Source of the DNA: Octopus sinensis
Lineage: Eukaryota
Length of the DNA stretch: 64,000 nucleotides
Direction of reading: 5' to 3'
Assembly: GCF_006345805.1 (NCBI RefSeq)
Contig: NC_042997.1
Location: 13,516,001 to 13,580,000 of the forward strand
The notes under the pieces were generated by a model that did not search any database, had not been told where the DNA came from, and was given only the letters and a program-made list of their open reading frames with translations. Shown here piece after piece: positions 39,581-53,389 of the stretch (the stretch's first letter is position 1; every line of letters starts with the position of its first letter). The position numbers and the translations under genes are program-made.

Positions 39581-39807
39581 GACCTGCGTGCGTCTGAGTG
39601 CATGCGTATGTACATTTTTGTATACGTATAACACCACTTGATTCACAGAAGGAATATTTACATAAACTTATGAATATATACACAATATTGTGTAAAAGTA
39701 GACAAGCAACATATGAACATAAAACCCTATGAATTCACAACACTATGAACAATGATTGACGCAAAAGTTTGGCAAGTATGTGAAACTCCGCAGTCAGGTG
39801 CACATAT

Positions 39808-40020
39808 CTCTTTTACTCTTTTACTCGTTTCAGTCATTTGACTGTGGCCTTGCTGGAGCACCGCCTTTAGTCGAGCAAATCGACCCCAGGACTTATTTTT
39901 TTGTAAGTCTAGTACTTATTCTATCGGTCTCTTTTGCCGAACCACAAAGTTACGGGAACGTAAACACACCAGCATCGGTTGTCAAGTGATGTTGGGGGGA
40001 CAAACACAGACACAGAAACA
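39808..40020 (-). mobile_element. SINE family B, 3' half
   Basis: CTCTTTTACTCGTTTCAGTCATTTGACTG...GGACAAACACAGACAC. Confidence 0.88.
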
Positions 40021-40379
40021 TACACACACACACATATGTGTATATATTTATGTGTGTATTTATATTTGCATATATTTGGAAAGTTTCTGGTTTCTTTGAA
40101 AAGTGTACAAAGTTTTGTCAAGTTTCAGCTTCCATTTTTTTATATAATCTAAGTTTGCTTTATCAGTAAATCGCAAAATCGCATTAAAATTTGTCGCTAC
40201 GTTCTCAGAAGATAACTTTACTTGCTATTATTAATTTTTTTTCTGTGATTTGACGCTTTTCTTTTGCACGTACCAAGTTTCAAACAAATAATGAAGTCAA
40301 AATGGAACGATAATAATATTACTACTAAAGCAAATAAAATACTACTAGTACTATTACTATTTCTGCAGCTACTACTGCT

Positions 40380-40381
<2 letters not shown>

Positions 40382-40432
<51 letters not shown>

Positions 40433-40450
40433 TTATTATTATTATTATTA

Positions 40451-40484
<34 letters not shown>

Positions 40485-40703
40485 GTTATTATTATTATCA
40501 TTATTATTATTATTATTATCATCATCATCATCACATCATCATCATCATCATTATCTTCATCATCATTCAACATACGTTAATAGCATAGTGTTGACAACAA
40601 CCACAACAGTAATAATAATAATAATAATGATAATAAGAATAATAATAATAGTAGTAATAATAGTAATAATAATAGTAATAATAATAATAACAATAATAAT
40701 AAC

Positions 40704-40748
<45 letters not shown>

Positions 40749-40750
40749 TA
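40382..40750. repeat. (AAT)n/(ATT)n/(CAT)n compound trinucleotide microsatellite
   Basis: Direct inspection. Confidence 0.96.
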
Positions 40751-41703
40751 GAAGATTTTTTAGGTTTATACAACAAATTATTGATTACTGAATTCTAATC
40801 ATTTTGAAATTGAGGTAGAGAATGGTTGTTTAAAAAGCAGCACAGCGAAATTTAGCAGAACGGAAATCATGTAACAATTACAATAGCACCATTAAAGATA
40901 ATAATCACATTATGTGTGACAAAACCTGCATCTTGATAAATTTTTGAATAGTTTACGTAACAACTTACAAATTTCATTGAGTAACTTTTCCCTTTTGAAA
41001 TAACCAAATTATTAAGCTTCATACAAGACGAAACTGTATTAAAAATAAATAGATGTACAAAAAGACAAATGAAAATTTAGAATGAAAAAAATATCTTTAA
41101 AATAATAGAGAAAAATAAACAAACAACGAAGATGTAAAGCAATGAAATGTGTAGAGAAGACAATGAGAAACAAAGGCAGCAGAAAAGAGTTAGGAAAGGA
41201 ACGGTAGAAAGCAAAAAATTATGCAGCAATGATTAAAAAAAATATAGAGCTAGAAAGAAAAAAATGAATTTTTTCAAATAAGTCGATAGAATTAGACAAA
41301 TTTTCGATAAATGATATGAGGAACTCGAAAATAAAATATTATTCAAAAATCTACTTATTGATTTCAATATATCTGCTAGCTTTTTTTATTTATTTATTTT
41401 TTACTTTTTACCCTAATTTTTAATTTTATAATCTGTTAAGTTATCTTCAGCAGGATGTAAAATTTTAGGAAGGAAAAACTTTTTTCTTCAGATCTTACTG
41501 ACAAATTCTAAGCACCGATTCTGTACGGCTGCAAAAGTGTGAGAGTTTCTCTGAAAACATCTAGAGATTTGGAAGTTCTAAGAAATAAAGAATACTCTAA
41601 AATAATACAGAAATCCGTATAAAATCAAAGAAGGATATTGAAATATTCCTTCGGGATAAGATATTGGAGTTTAAATAAAATTTACGTACAACTGTGATGA
41701 AAG

Positions 41704-41794
<91 letters not shown>

Positions 41795-42324
41795 TATATA
41801 TATATCAAAATGTGCACATGCGCAGACAGTAGCCACAGAGGGAAATTAAAACATATAAACAATACAGCACTCCTTCTCTTTCTTTCTCTCTCATTCTATG
41901 TGTCTGTTTCTAAGAATGTGTGTGTGTGTATGTACACACACTCGCTCACACACTGACACACACATACACTGGCACACACACACACTTTATACATACATGA
42001 ATACATACATACATGCACACAGACAAACAGCACTATCATGGCTAATTGCATCCACTACTATAGGAAATCTGCAAGCATCACTTTTTGTTAACTTTTTTTT
42101 CTTTATTACTATATTCCCTCTCTATCTTCTATCTCATCCGCGTTGCAAGGCACTTTTCTAACTCTCTTACTTTTATTTCTAAGCATACATTTAGACTTTT
42201 TCTCAGACGTTAAATATTTCAAATGTTATGTTATGAATTATACCCAATCAATATTTATAAACTTAGTTTATAACCCCCCACATAAACCAATAATTTGTAT
42301 ATTGTTCACTCATAACGAAAATTA

Positions 42325-42626
42325 GTGGAGGTACATGGCCTAGTGGTTAGAGCAGCGGACTCGCGGTCGAGGGATCGCGGATTCGAATCTCAGACCAGGC
42401 AATGTGTGTATTTATGAGCGAAACACCTAAGCTCCACTCGGCTCCGGCAGAAGGTAATGGCGAACTTCTGCTGACTCTTTCACCATAATTTTCTCTCACC
42501 CTTACCTCCTGCATCTTGCAGCTCACTTGCGACGGACCGGCGTCCCGTCCAGGTGTGTAACCTATACGCCAAGGAAACCGGGAAACCGGCCCTTATGAGC
42601 GGGTCGTGGCTCGAGAAGGAACAAAC
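42325..42626 (+). mobile_element. tRNA-derived SINE family C
   Basis: GTGGAGGTACATGGCCTAGTGGTTAGAGC...GATTCGAATCTC; TSD-like CATAAC(G/T)AAAATT on both sides. Confidence 0.9.
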
Positions 42627-43553
42627 ATAACTAAAATTGGTAACTATATATTCAGTGCATCAACGGTATAAAAACTGTTTTAATTGCAACTATTTTTGTT
42701 AACTGTATTTCGTCTAGCTACTTTTTTACTGCGTATTTGTGGTGCTTGTTACTGTTTCTGCGTCCTAACTTGAAATCTGACATCAGCGCGGGGCAACATA
42801 TGCGTATAAATAAATAACAAGGACACCGACTAACACTATACAAATGCTCGTTTGTTTGCTGCTGAGAGAAGACTGTATTGTTGCTTGAAGTTTCGAAATT
42901 GTAGACCATTGTTGGAGGGAGGAGAAAGAGAGAAATATAGAAATTACAGGAAGGAAAATGAAGAACGACAATAAAGTCCTTATGAATTAAGATTATACTT
43001 TTTGGTGAGGCTGAATCAGGAAATGGGAAGTAAGCGATTCCATCGACACAGAAATGAAATCATGTCGTTGCGATTGTGTGGCTATGCCACACGTTCAGAG
43101 TTTTCTAAAGTGTGTGTGTTGTGGGGGGTATGAGTTTATTTATGTTTGTACATAAGCAGGTATAAGTGTATGTGTGAGTGCATGTTTGCATCAACCTGAC
43201 AGTCGGCTCGCTTTATGAGACCAATAAACAAATATTTCAATCTAATGATCTTATTTGCATTTGAGACTTTAAAGAACATAAAACATGAAACGTAACAATC
43301 TCCCTCCTTCACTCACTTTCTGATCTAGATATGCATACACATATATATGTATGTACACACACACATACACCACACACACACACATATATATATAGATATA
43401 TATATATATATATATGGTTGGCGATTTTCCTCCGTCTTCCCTTCCTTTCCTGAGGGTCCAATAACACTATAGTTGTTCTACGTCCTCGCGTTGTTGTGTT
43501 TCCTCTCTGTGTTTTCACGTTTAGATTAACTATATACATACATACATACATGC

Positions 43554-43590
<37 letters not shown>

Positions 43591-44949
43591 ATAATATATA
43601 TATATACAAACATAGATAGAGGGGTATATTTATAGTTATAACTATGTTCTCATATTATATAAGCTCTACTAATGTTCACAGATTTTCTGATGTATCTTCA
43701 GCCAAACGATCAACTTTCTCTATAAAATCTATTTGATAACTCATATTCATGGACTGGCTTTCTAAAGCAAACCGTCCATTTCGTAAACCTGAAGTGAATT
43801 GAAATGGTACACACACAAATACACTCATACACGCACAACCGCACACACAAATGCATATATATATACGTATGAATGTACGTATGTATGTACGCATGTGTGT
43901 ATGTATGTATGCATGTATGTATGTATTTATAGGTAAATGTACATATGTATTCAGATATATACCTTTACGTACACTACAGTGAATTTAACGTTGCCCTATG
44001 AAACGTATGCATCGTATCTTATCCATTTGAACGTTTATCCTTTTGACTAAGTATGCAATATATTATTATATTTATATCTTCCTCATAATATCACAGTCCA
44101 ACTAGGTTTCGACTTCAGATTTTTATTTCATATTAGTCAACATTTTTCATCGAACTTCTTGAACTCTTGAAACTTAAGCTACAAAACTCTTGAATTATTT
44201 TGATATAGATATTTTATAGAAAAAAAATTCTCATCTTTCAGGTTAGTTTTTTTTTACTCTCATCTCATTTCTTTATCATACTCTATTCGTTCTTTTACTA
44301 TTTTTACTTTGCTAAGCAAAGGGAATGCGAAGAGATTATCTTGTGAATAAAGAGTAGATGTTGGAAATAATTATTAGATATTAACTGCATATGTATTTAT
44401 GTGGCAAAAAGAAATGAAAATATGGTTTTTCTTCTTAATTTCAGATTTCTCTTGCCCAGTTCCCGAAGCATTTTTAACATTTTTCATTTGTATCTTATAG
44501 GAAGAGATGCAAATTTTAAAAGATGATAAATAATCAGAAAGAGTTAGATAGAAAAGGGGAAAAAAAGCAAGTGAAGCGAAACACTAGTGAGAAATATATA
44601 CATAAATGAAAAATAGACGAAGATAAAGATAGCTACACGGCAACAGAAATAGAAAATATATATATAATAAAATGAATGGTACAGACTGGAGCAGAAGGGA
44701 AGGAATGGAGAGAGAGAGAGAGAAAAGACAAAGAGTAAGCGAAAGTGAGCAAGGGAGGAGGCAGGTTTTACGAAGGGATCAATATAGTTGACACAATTAC
44801 GGAAGATTGGATATTATAGAAAAGCAGAGTTTACTGTGTTGGCCTAGCAGTTCGATCCTGGTCGATTAAAATGGGAAATATCCGACTTATGCTTCATTAA
44901 TCCGTGGATGTATCTCGCTTTATCATTAGCTGTTGGACGGATTAAATGA

Positions 44950-45420
44950 ATTACTTAGACAACCAAGTATCTATATTTATTCGAATGTGAAAGAATGTTC
45001 TTTAACTATGTACAATACTGCTGCTGGCAAACGGAGAGGATGAAATAAGCCAACATCGGTTACAGGATTTTTCTTACCCTTGAATTTCCAATATCCGGTA
45101 CAGAGATCCCTTACAGCAATGCACACCAATCGTGAACAATTCCACTGACCGTCAGATACGTATGTCCAGAAGTCATTGATATCAATAAAAGATGCATACA
45201 AATGTCGTTGTTTACCACTCCACTTGCTTCACTGTTTATGTCTATCGGGGAATCTAACATCAAGACAGGCCATCGTCGATTGCAACTTATGTACAGAACA
45301 CATCACTAACGCATCGTTGTACATATGTCTTACCATTCGAACGCTGTTTCTTTTAATCTATCCATTCAACAGACTGCTCTCTCACCTTCATACCCCTTCC
45401 TCCAGTCTTTCTTCTATTTC
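44950..45420 (-). mobile_element. Degraded RTE-like reverse transcriptase remnant
   Basis: KQRHLYASFIDIND resembles the RT domain-3 motif (LY.AF.D..KAFD); otherwise broken. Confidence 0.35.
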
Positions 45421-45469
45421 CTAAATCTTCCTCATCTGTTCTTCATTTTCTTTCCAAACATATCACGCC

Positions 45470-45516
45470 ATTATTATTATTATTATTATTAGTAGTAGTA
45501 GTAGTAGTAGTAGTAG

Positions 45517-45571
<55 letters not shown>

Positions 45572-45597
45572 TATTATTATTATTATTATTATTATCA

Positions 45598-45657
<60 letters not shown>

Positions 45658-45777
45658 GTTGTTGTTGTTGTTGTTGTTGTGGTTGTTGTTGTTATTATTA
45701 TTATTACTATTATTATTATTATTATTATTTTCATTATTATTATTATTATTATTATTATTTATTATTATTATTATATT

Positions 45778-45855
<78 letters not shown>

Positions 45856-45910
45856 GTTGTTGTTGTTGTTATTATTACTATTATTATTATTATTATTATT
45901 ATTTTCATTA

Positions 45911-45962
<52 letters not shown>
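45470..45962. repeat. (ATT)n/(GTT)n/(AGT)n compound microsatellite with higher-order duplication
   Basis: Direct inspection; interruption pattern ACT...TTTTCA recurs at ~45706-45733 and ~45877-45907. Confidence 0.95.
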
Positions 45963-47570
45963 AATTAATCTGAATGTTGTTCTTGTTATTAGTTTTCTCG
46001 TTTCTATTGTTAGTAAGTGTTTGTGTTGTTTTTATTATTTTCACTTTGTTGATGCTTGACTCTATAATTCTAGTTGGTAGTAGGCAATGGTCTCTGCAAA
46101 CATAAAATGTTTGCAGCAACAAACATCAGCCCGAGCAATAGTTAACACACTGTTCTTAATCTTCTCTTTCAGTTATTTTATGATACTTTTTGGTATATGG
46201 CGGAAACGTTTTCCCTTTGAAAGTTTCAATTGTTCTTTAGGGCTGTGTTATCAAAGGTCGTAAAAGGTGATGCAATAACTGTTCTCAGCTGGAATTAATA
46301 AGGATATATGGAGAAAAGTGCAGAGACGGGAAAGAAACAATATTTTATACAACATATAGCGGAAATAAAAGGAACGAGGGGGTCGTTTGATTCGAAGCCA
46401 GGCAGTTCCTGGTTCCTGATAGGTCTTAATCAAGGTAAGCTGTGAACTCTTTCGCGTGCCTCACTTAGTTTTAGTTGTAAACAAAATAACATGCATGCTT
46501 GACTACATTTATACATTTATCATATCCAAAAGGAATATATAGAAAACAATAGAAATAAATAAAACGAAAAAAAGTAGATCTGGCAAGAAAAACAAGTACC
46601 TGCATAAAGATATTACTTTGTAAGAAAGAAAATTTATTCAACATGAACAATTCTAATAATAGATATTTTAGTAATAAAAACAATATTTTGGGATATAGAA
46701 CGATTGGATATTTTCTTCGTCTGCATCAGAGCTAATTTTACTATAGAAACTAGCATACGTATATCACTTCAAGTTAGATATTAAGTATTCCTTTTTATTA
46801 GCATCTAATAAAAGAAAAAAATTACAACTCAGATTCATAACGCTAAAGCACTGATTTTAGCTAAACATTGCAAAATATGAAAACCTTCTTGACCCAAAGA
46901 TGAGCACCGTGTCAAAAGATTGTTGCAAATATAGAATAAAATACATAGTATTATTTCTCTGCAAAGTGAAAATGTATTTGAAAGATATCCTTTTCTCCCG
47001 CAAGATTAATTTTGTTATCTATTAAACAGATTTCGACAGAACACGTGATATTTATTAAAATGACCACGATTTGCATAATTTGGGGCAAACAAGTACACCA
47101 GGACGAGTGGTCTGTCTGTATTGTAGTAGTGGATGTATGTTCGGTTTCCATTACGTTTTTTTTTTCTTCTCAAAAGCTATACTTGACAATGCTAAAGTGT
47201 TTTCTGGTGAGGAAAATGGGATCTGGTGTTAACCAGCCTACATAAAGAAAAGCTATAAATGTCAATTGTTTTTGCCAAGAATCACAATGTATGCGCTAAT
47301 TCGGGAGACCACATACCGATGTATATACCAACTGCATTGTAAAGTTGAATTTTTATTTTCCTTTAGCTGGAGTTATTTGTGTTCTCCTGGTAAAGGCAAA
47401 GAGGGCAGGCCATTACAAAATCACATATTACATGCCGACTTCTTGTCTGCTTACATGAAATAGTAGACACATTACACCATCTGCTCTAATATCACTTCGG
47501 AATTCATTGGTGCACTTGGCAAAGTTCTCTCTTTTGCAAGTACACAGACCAGGCTCACCACCTTGTGTTA

Positions 47571-47952
47571 TCTCTCTCTATATAAACGGCAGTTTGTCTG
47601 TGCGTTTTCTGTGTGTCTGTTTTCTCGTACCCTCACTCTGACCACGGCTTTCAACCGATTCTGATGAAACTTGACACACACATAGCCCAATGTCATAATT
47701 CAAAACTAACGCAGCGAAAATTTTGAAAAGTTCCCCCAGTTCTGAAAAAAATCGATAAATTCGACATGGGGTCGAGAATCAGAAACCCAAACCACAGACC
47801 GTCTAGGGGACGCAACTCCACCTTTTTTAACTCAAAAAAAATTTACCATCATTTTTTTTCCATTTTTTTGCTATTTTTTGGCTATAACTCTCTAAAAATG
47901 CTTTATAGTTATTTCCCTTACAAACCTGAGCAACGCCGGGCGATACTGCTAG
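47571..47952 (+). mobile_element. Non-autonomous Helitron (second subfamily)
   Basis: A|TCTCTCTCTATATAAA 5' end; 3' CCTGAGCAACGCCGGG hairpin then CTAG|T; last ~70 bp shared with 22298-22620. Confidence 0.9.
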
Positions 47953-48341
47953 TTGTGATATAACGGCTCAATAATATCCTTTACACTTCACTCGAAGTAA
48001 CAAAAATAATACTAAGCACACTCGGTAATTCTCCCTCCTATTCAATGCTACATGATTGATCAGAAGTCACATCCCTACCCTTTCCAACTTCTCAAAGACA
48101 GATATACTGTTTCTTTTGTCAGTTATGTATACCGCTCCAACATGTCACCACTTAGTAACTCACTCCACATCTTATAACATATCTCTTATCTAAAATCCAT
48201 CTCTGGAATCTATGTAACTCTTTATACTCCAACATCCCACACGAAAGTACTGTTCGCTAAAACAATTTGATTCCACACACTCCTCCACTTACATCTGTCA
48301 CATGGGTATCAGTATCAAAGCCTTCTAGTCACTACTAACAC

Positions 48342-48388
<47 letters not shown>

Positions 48389-49089
48389 TGTGTGTGTGTG
48401 TGTGTGTGTGTAAATGTGGTTTCGCTATTTCTTGCAGAAATACAATTCAATGCATAGAGTGAGTACAGATGGTTTGTGGGAGATTTCAAGATTAAACAAA
48501 CCACTCTTCCAGAACAACAGATATGTTACAATTATATTTTTCATGCACATACGGAACTCCATGAACTCCAGAACACTATACACCATCACATGATTTATAA
48601 TGCACAAAGAAAAATCCTACAAACTTCAGAAAGTTGCTTCCTTTGCATCTTCTCAATAACTTCATTATCCTTCCCCCACAAACCAGCATATACGTAGATC
48701 TACACAAATTTCTACTCGTAAATTTATACATAATTTTACATTTAGTCTTATATCTGTATTTCTATATTTGCATTCTTGCATTCTTAAACATATATTTGAA
48801 CTCCTTTTAAGCTTGTGTGTACAGATATACCTAATATATGGAGAGACTATACATATATACTGCTATAGGCTATTTACAACATGGCATAATATACTGCGTA
48901 AAATCTATATCAATTTAATTTATAGCGTACGTTATAAAATATTTAATGTATATAATACCAGATGCATGACATATATCTTGAAATATACACATAACGATAG
49001 AGGAAATATATACAAACTTTAACATACGTAAGCATAGATGTATGTACATATAGCCATAAATACGTATAAATACAGAAAGACCTGCAGAC

Positions 49090-49147
<58 letters not shown>

Positions 49148-49244
49148 TGTATGTATGTATATATGTATATACATATATACATATATATAGAGTCTGCACG
49201 TATTTCTGTATTTATACGTATTCATGGCTATATATATACATACA

Positions 49245-49622
49245 CTAGCAGTATCGCCCGGCGTTGCTCAGGTTTGTAAGGGAAATAACTATAAAGCATT
49301 TAGAGAGTTATAGCCACAAAATAGCAAAAAGATGGAAAAAAATGATGGTAAGTTTTTTTTTAGTTAAAAAGGTGGAGTTGCGTCCCTAGACAGTTTGCGG
49401 TTTGTGTTTCTGATTCTCGACCCCATGTCGAATTTATCGATTTTTTTCAGAACTGGCGGAACTTTTCAAAATTTTCGCTGCGTTAGTTTTGAATTATGAC
49501 ATTAGGCTATGTGTGTGTCAAGTTTCATCAGAATCGGTTGAAAGCCGTGGTCAGGGTGAGGGTACAAGAAAACAGACACACAGAAACACGCACAGACAAA
49601 CTGCCGTTTATATAGAGAGAGA
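49245..49622 (-). mobile_element. Non-autonomous Helitron, inverted copy of 47571-47952
   Basis: Reverse complement along the whole length with the same TC...CTAG termini. Confidence 0.9.
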
Positions 49623-49650
49623 TGTATGCTTACGTATGTCCAAGTTTATA

Positions 49651-49699
49651 TTGGGTTGGCAAGAAAGTAATTTCTCGTTTCTTGTGTGAAATAAAAGCC

Positions 49700-49745
<46 letters not shown>

Positions 49746-50940
49746 ATATATATATACACACAAAGAATGAACTTAAATCAATTCTATTTTTTCATTTTGT
49801 TCGATGACCTTTTACCATCTTTCTGGCATCGTCATGATTCTGCGCTCATAGGACTTCTGGTCCTTATCAGCCAAAATCTGAAGCAAGTGCGATTTCAGGT
49901 CTTCATCATTATTGAAAGGTTTATCATTGAAAGAATTTTGCAAACTTCGAAATAAATGGTAAGCTGATGGTGCTAGGTTAGAGCTATATGGTGGATGTGA
50001 CATCACTTCTCAACCAAGCTCCCATAATTTTTCACGAGTTATCAAAATCTGTGTGATCTAGCGATGTCTTGGTGGAACACGATTCTTCTACGATTTGCCA
50101 ATTCTCCGATTGCTTCCTTGAGTTACATTAGTTTTTGTCTGTAAACATCTGAATTGATCGTTTGGAAGAAGCTCAAAATACAAAAAACCTTTGTAATCTC
50201 ACTAAATTGACATCATGACCTTTTTTCGATGCAATTCAACTTTCAGTATGGTTTGTGCTGGTTCATTACGCTTGGACAATGATCGTTTTCGGTTGATGTT
50301 ATTGTAGACAATACATTTGTCACCACTAGTGATGATTCGTGTTAAGAAACAGGCCGATTTCATTGCGCTTTAGATGTTTTTCGCAAATATTGTTTCATTG
50401 TGTTCAGTGAATCCCTTTCAACTTATTGGACCCCAAATAGCGAGCTTCTTAACGAGTTCAAGACATTCTAAATGATTTTCAATTGATGTGTGTGATACAT
50501 TTAACATCTCTGCCATCTCTCGCAGTTATATGACAATTAGATTCAAATATGGCTTTGATTCGGTGAACATTAACTTCAGTAGGTTAACCAGAACGTTGGT
50601 CATCTTTGAATGAGAAATCTCCAGAACGAAAATTTTGAAACTATTTCTGATATGTGCCTTCTGTGAAGCAACCAGCAGTGCCCCAAAAGCTTTCTTGCCT
50701 TTACGGAAATAAAAAAAAAGGGGGAAATATAACAAAAATTTTCGTTTTTGCACTCCATATGGAAATTGACACTGAACTGACAGCTGTCAACAAATTACGA
50801 GCAATTTGCTTCTAAAGTAAGCTAAAAGTAAGGGCTATCAATCGTCAAAAGGAAAAAAAATTATAAGTTTGACAAGAAATTTAAAAACTCGTAACTGTAT
50901 CTACTTGCGAAAAACAAACTTACTTTTCTTGCCAACCCAA
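49651..50940 (-). mobile_element. Full-length degraded mariner transposon
   Basis: TIRs TTGGGTTGGCAAGAAAGTAA / TTACTTTTCTTGCCAACCCAA with flanking TA; YFRKGKKA and HPPYSSNLAPSAYHLFRSLQN motifs on the minus strand. Confidence 0.93.
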
Positions 50941-53276
50941 TACTTCGATCTTTATGTGTATTATGTCTATCTTTCAACATATATATAATGCATCTGGTAT
51001 TATACACATTAAATATTTTATAAACTACACTATAAATTAAATTGATATAGATTCTACACAGTATATTATGCCATATTGTAAATAGATTATAGCTGTGTAT
51101 ATGTACAGTGGCTCCATATATTAGTTATATTCGTACACATCTGTACATGTATGTGTGTATGTGTGTATGTGAAGAAGTTTCTCAAGTGGAATGGTGGATA
51201 ATAACGTATGTGATAAGTGGAAAGCAGCATGAGAAAGTTGTTGCCATCTGCAATAGTGAGATTGGAAATATATCAGTGGCTAAAATCACTTGCATATCCA
51301 TGAATTTATTATGCATCGTCTAAATAACAGGAACACAATGGCAAAAACTGAATAACGTTCTATTACACAGGGAATATCTAAAATTTATGGCAATAGCGGA
51401 AGAAGGTGTAGGGATAAATTTAGAATCATCTCTCGCTTTTCCTGCCGTTGACGAATCGTGGCTTGTTCCTCCTCTATTTATTTCTGCCTCTCGCAACATC
51501 ACCCAGGTCTTTCTCGCTCTGCGCATTCATTCTCGTCTTTATTCACAGACGAGCATCTTTATTCACTGCCTTCCTCTCACTCTCCTTCCCACTAGCTCAG
51601 TCTCCACCGTAATATTTTCGAGAGGGTGAGGAAATGTCAGCAGTATTGCAAGGGGAGGCCAAGGTGATACACATGTGGCAAAACAGACACCTCAGAGTTA
51701 TCTGTTCCTCTGCGGAGAATAGAAGGAAAAAAAGTTGCTACCGTAAGAGCTATAACAAGAGCCAGAGTTTCCACGGTAGAGCAAAACACGAACAATAACA
51801 ATAACAACAATGGCAGCTACTAAGATACGTAGAAGAGCACACAAAGATTCTCCTAATATTGGATTAGCAACAAATGAAATCACAATAGAGAAAAATCAAT
51901 CTTTAGCACACCCATTACACTGATCGGACCCTCAAAATTTAAAGCCAAGGAGAGCTGCTAAGTGCTCGACTGATAGTTTGAGCAAGGACGTTCGGGAAGG
52001 AAAAGATGCTTCAGAGATGACTCGACAGAGCTGTTCTACTGAATGTAAATATTTGTCAGTGGGTCATCCAGTTCGTTTTTCGGTGAGAAATCTCGTTAGG
52101 TCACTCTTAGCGTAAGTCGTTCAAACTTTCGAATAGTTCGCTGCGCGAACAACAGATTAAGGACCTGCACTGTCATGTAAGGTGAAACGAAAAGATAAGG
52201 ACATTGCGTGTTTTTCAGTTCGGAAAATGTTCAAGAAACAGGTTAATGAACTACTGAAACGATATACGAGGGACGATTTCCTCATCGGCAGGTGATGAGT
52301 CATCCTCAAAGAAAAAATTAATGTCGCATCGGTTACATTTAGCATAGGCAAAGCTATGCTGAATAATAATGTTGAGAATAAACGAGTAAGCAGATAACAG
52401 GCTCATAAAATAAAAATCGCTGACTAGCAATGAATACGAAGGATAGTGTACTGATGAACAAATCACGTAGTCAGTGTGATGAACCATAGTGTCAGATGTG
52501 TAGCACGATCGCAAATTCCTTATTCGGTCTATGGAGGGTAGCTGCAGAAGTGTGTTCTTTGAATCCCAACATATATTTGCGGATTTCTAAAAGGATGTTA
52601 CCCAAATGTTTTGAACGTATAGTGATACAAGAACAATAGATAAAGATTCTTAACTCAATGTCTAGAGATGAGAAAAAGAGCAAAAATCCGAACTGGTGGA
52701 AATGTCGGGGTGTTGAGGGAAAAAACCTGAGATAATATCCTTGGCCTACATATTATATTCCATATGTCAGTCGTATTCGTTCATCTCATTATACCTGTTT
52801 GTGACGAGTGGATTGCTAAGAGAGCGTGACCGGTGAATAATAATGCTGCTGACGAAGGACTCTTCAGTCGGTGACGTTATATAAGAAAATACTTTCCCTA
52901 GGTGCCACTTGGTGGGACTGACCCGAAAGTGTATGGTTTTGATGCACACGTCTTACCACACATTACGCCAGTAAGCTCGTCTGCATACTTGTGTGCGATG
53001 AGAAATTTTATACAGAAAACCGCTTGTCAATACAGAGGTTTTTGGCATTGCAAGTAACGTGGCGTGAATGAAAGGAATTTCATGCTCTGCATTTACATGA
53101 TTTATCGATTGTGGATACCGAACTGTCTTCAGCAGTATTAAGATCATTTTTATCCCAATTAGTTTTGCCCGGCTTTCTTTTATATCAAGAACGTCAAGCG
53201 ATAATCCTGCTGTTGGTTTTGGTTTGTGCTTATATATATGTCCGTGTGTGTGCGTGTGTGCTTGTATATACATGTT

Positions 53277-53319
<43 letters not shown>

Positions 53320-53324
53320 TTATA

Positions 53325-53389
<65 letters not shown>

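Noticed and set aside
42325-42400. tRNA gene candidates at SINE heads
   Set aside because: A and B boxes are present but continue into SINE bodies with TSDs; no complete acceptor stem
46241-46435. Plus-strand segment with acceptor-like TTCTTTAG and donor AAG|GTAAGC
   Set aside because: Stops in all three frames and no partner exons; unsupported
52845-52962. CTGACGAAGGACTCTTCAGTC hammerhead-like start
   Set aside because: No GAAA follows, and the downstream sequence is a degraded SINE B head
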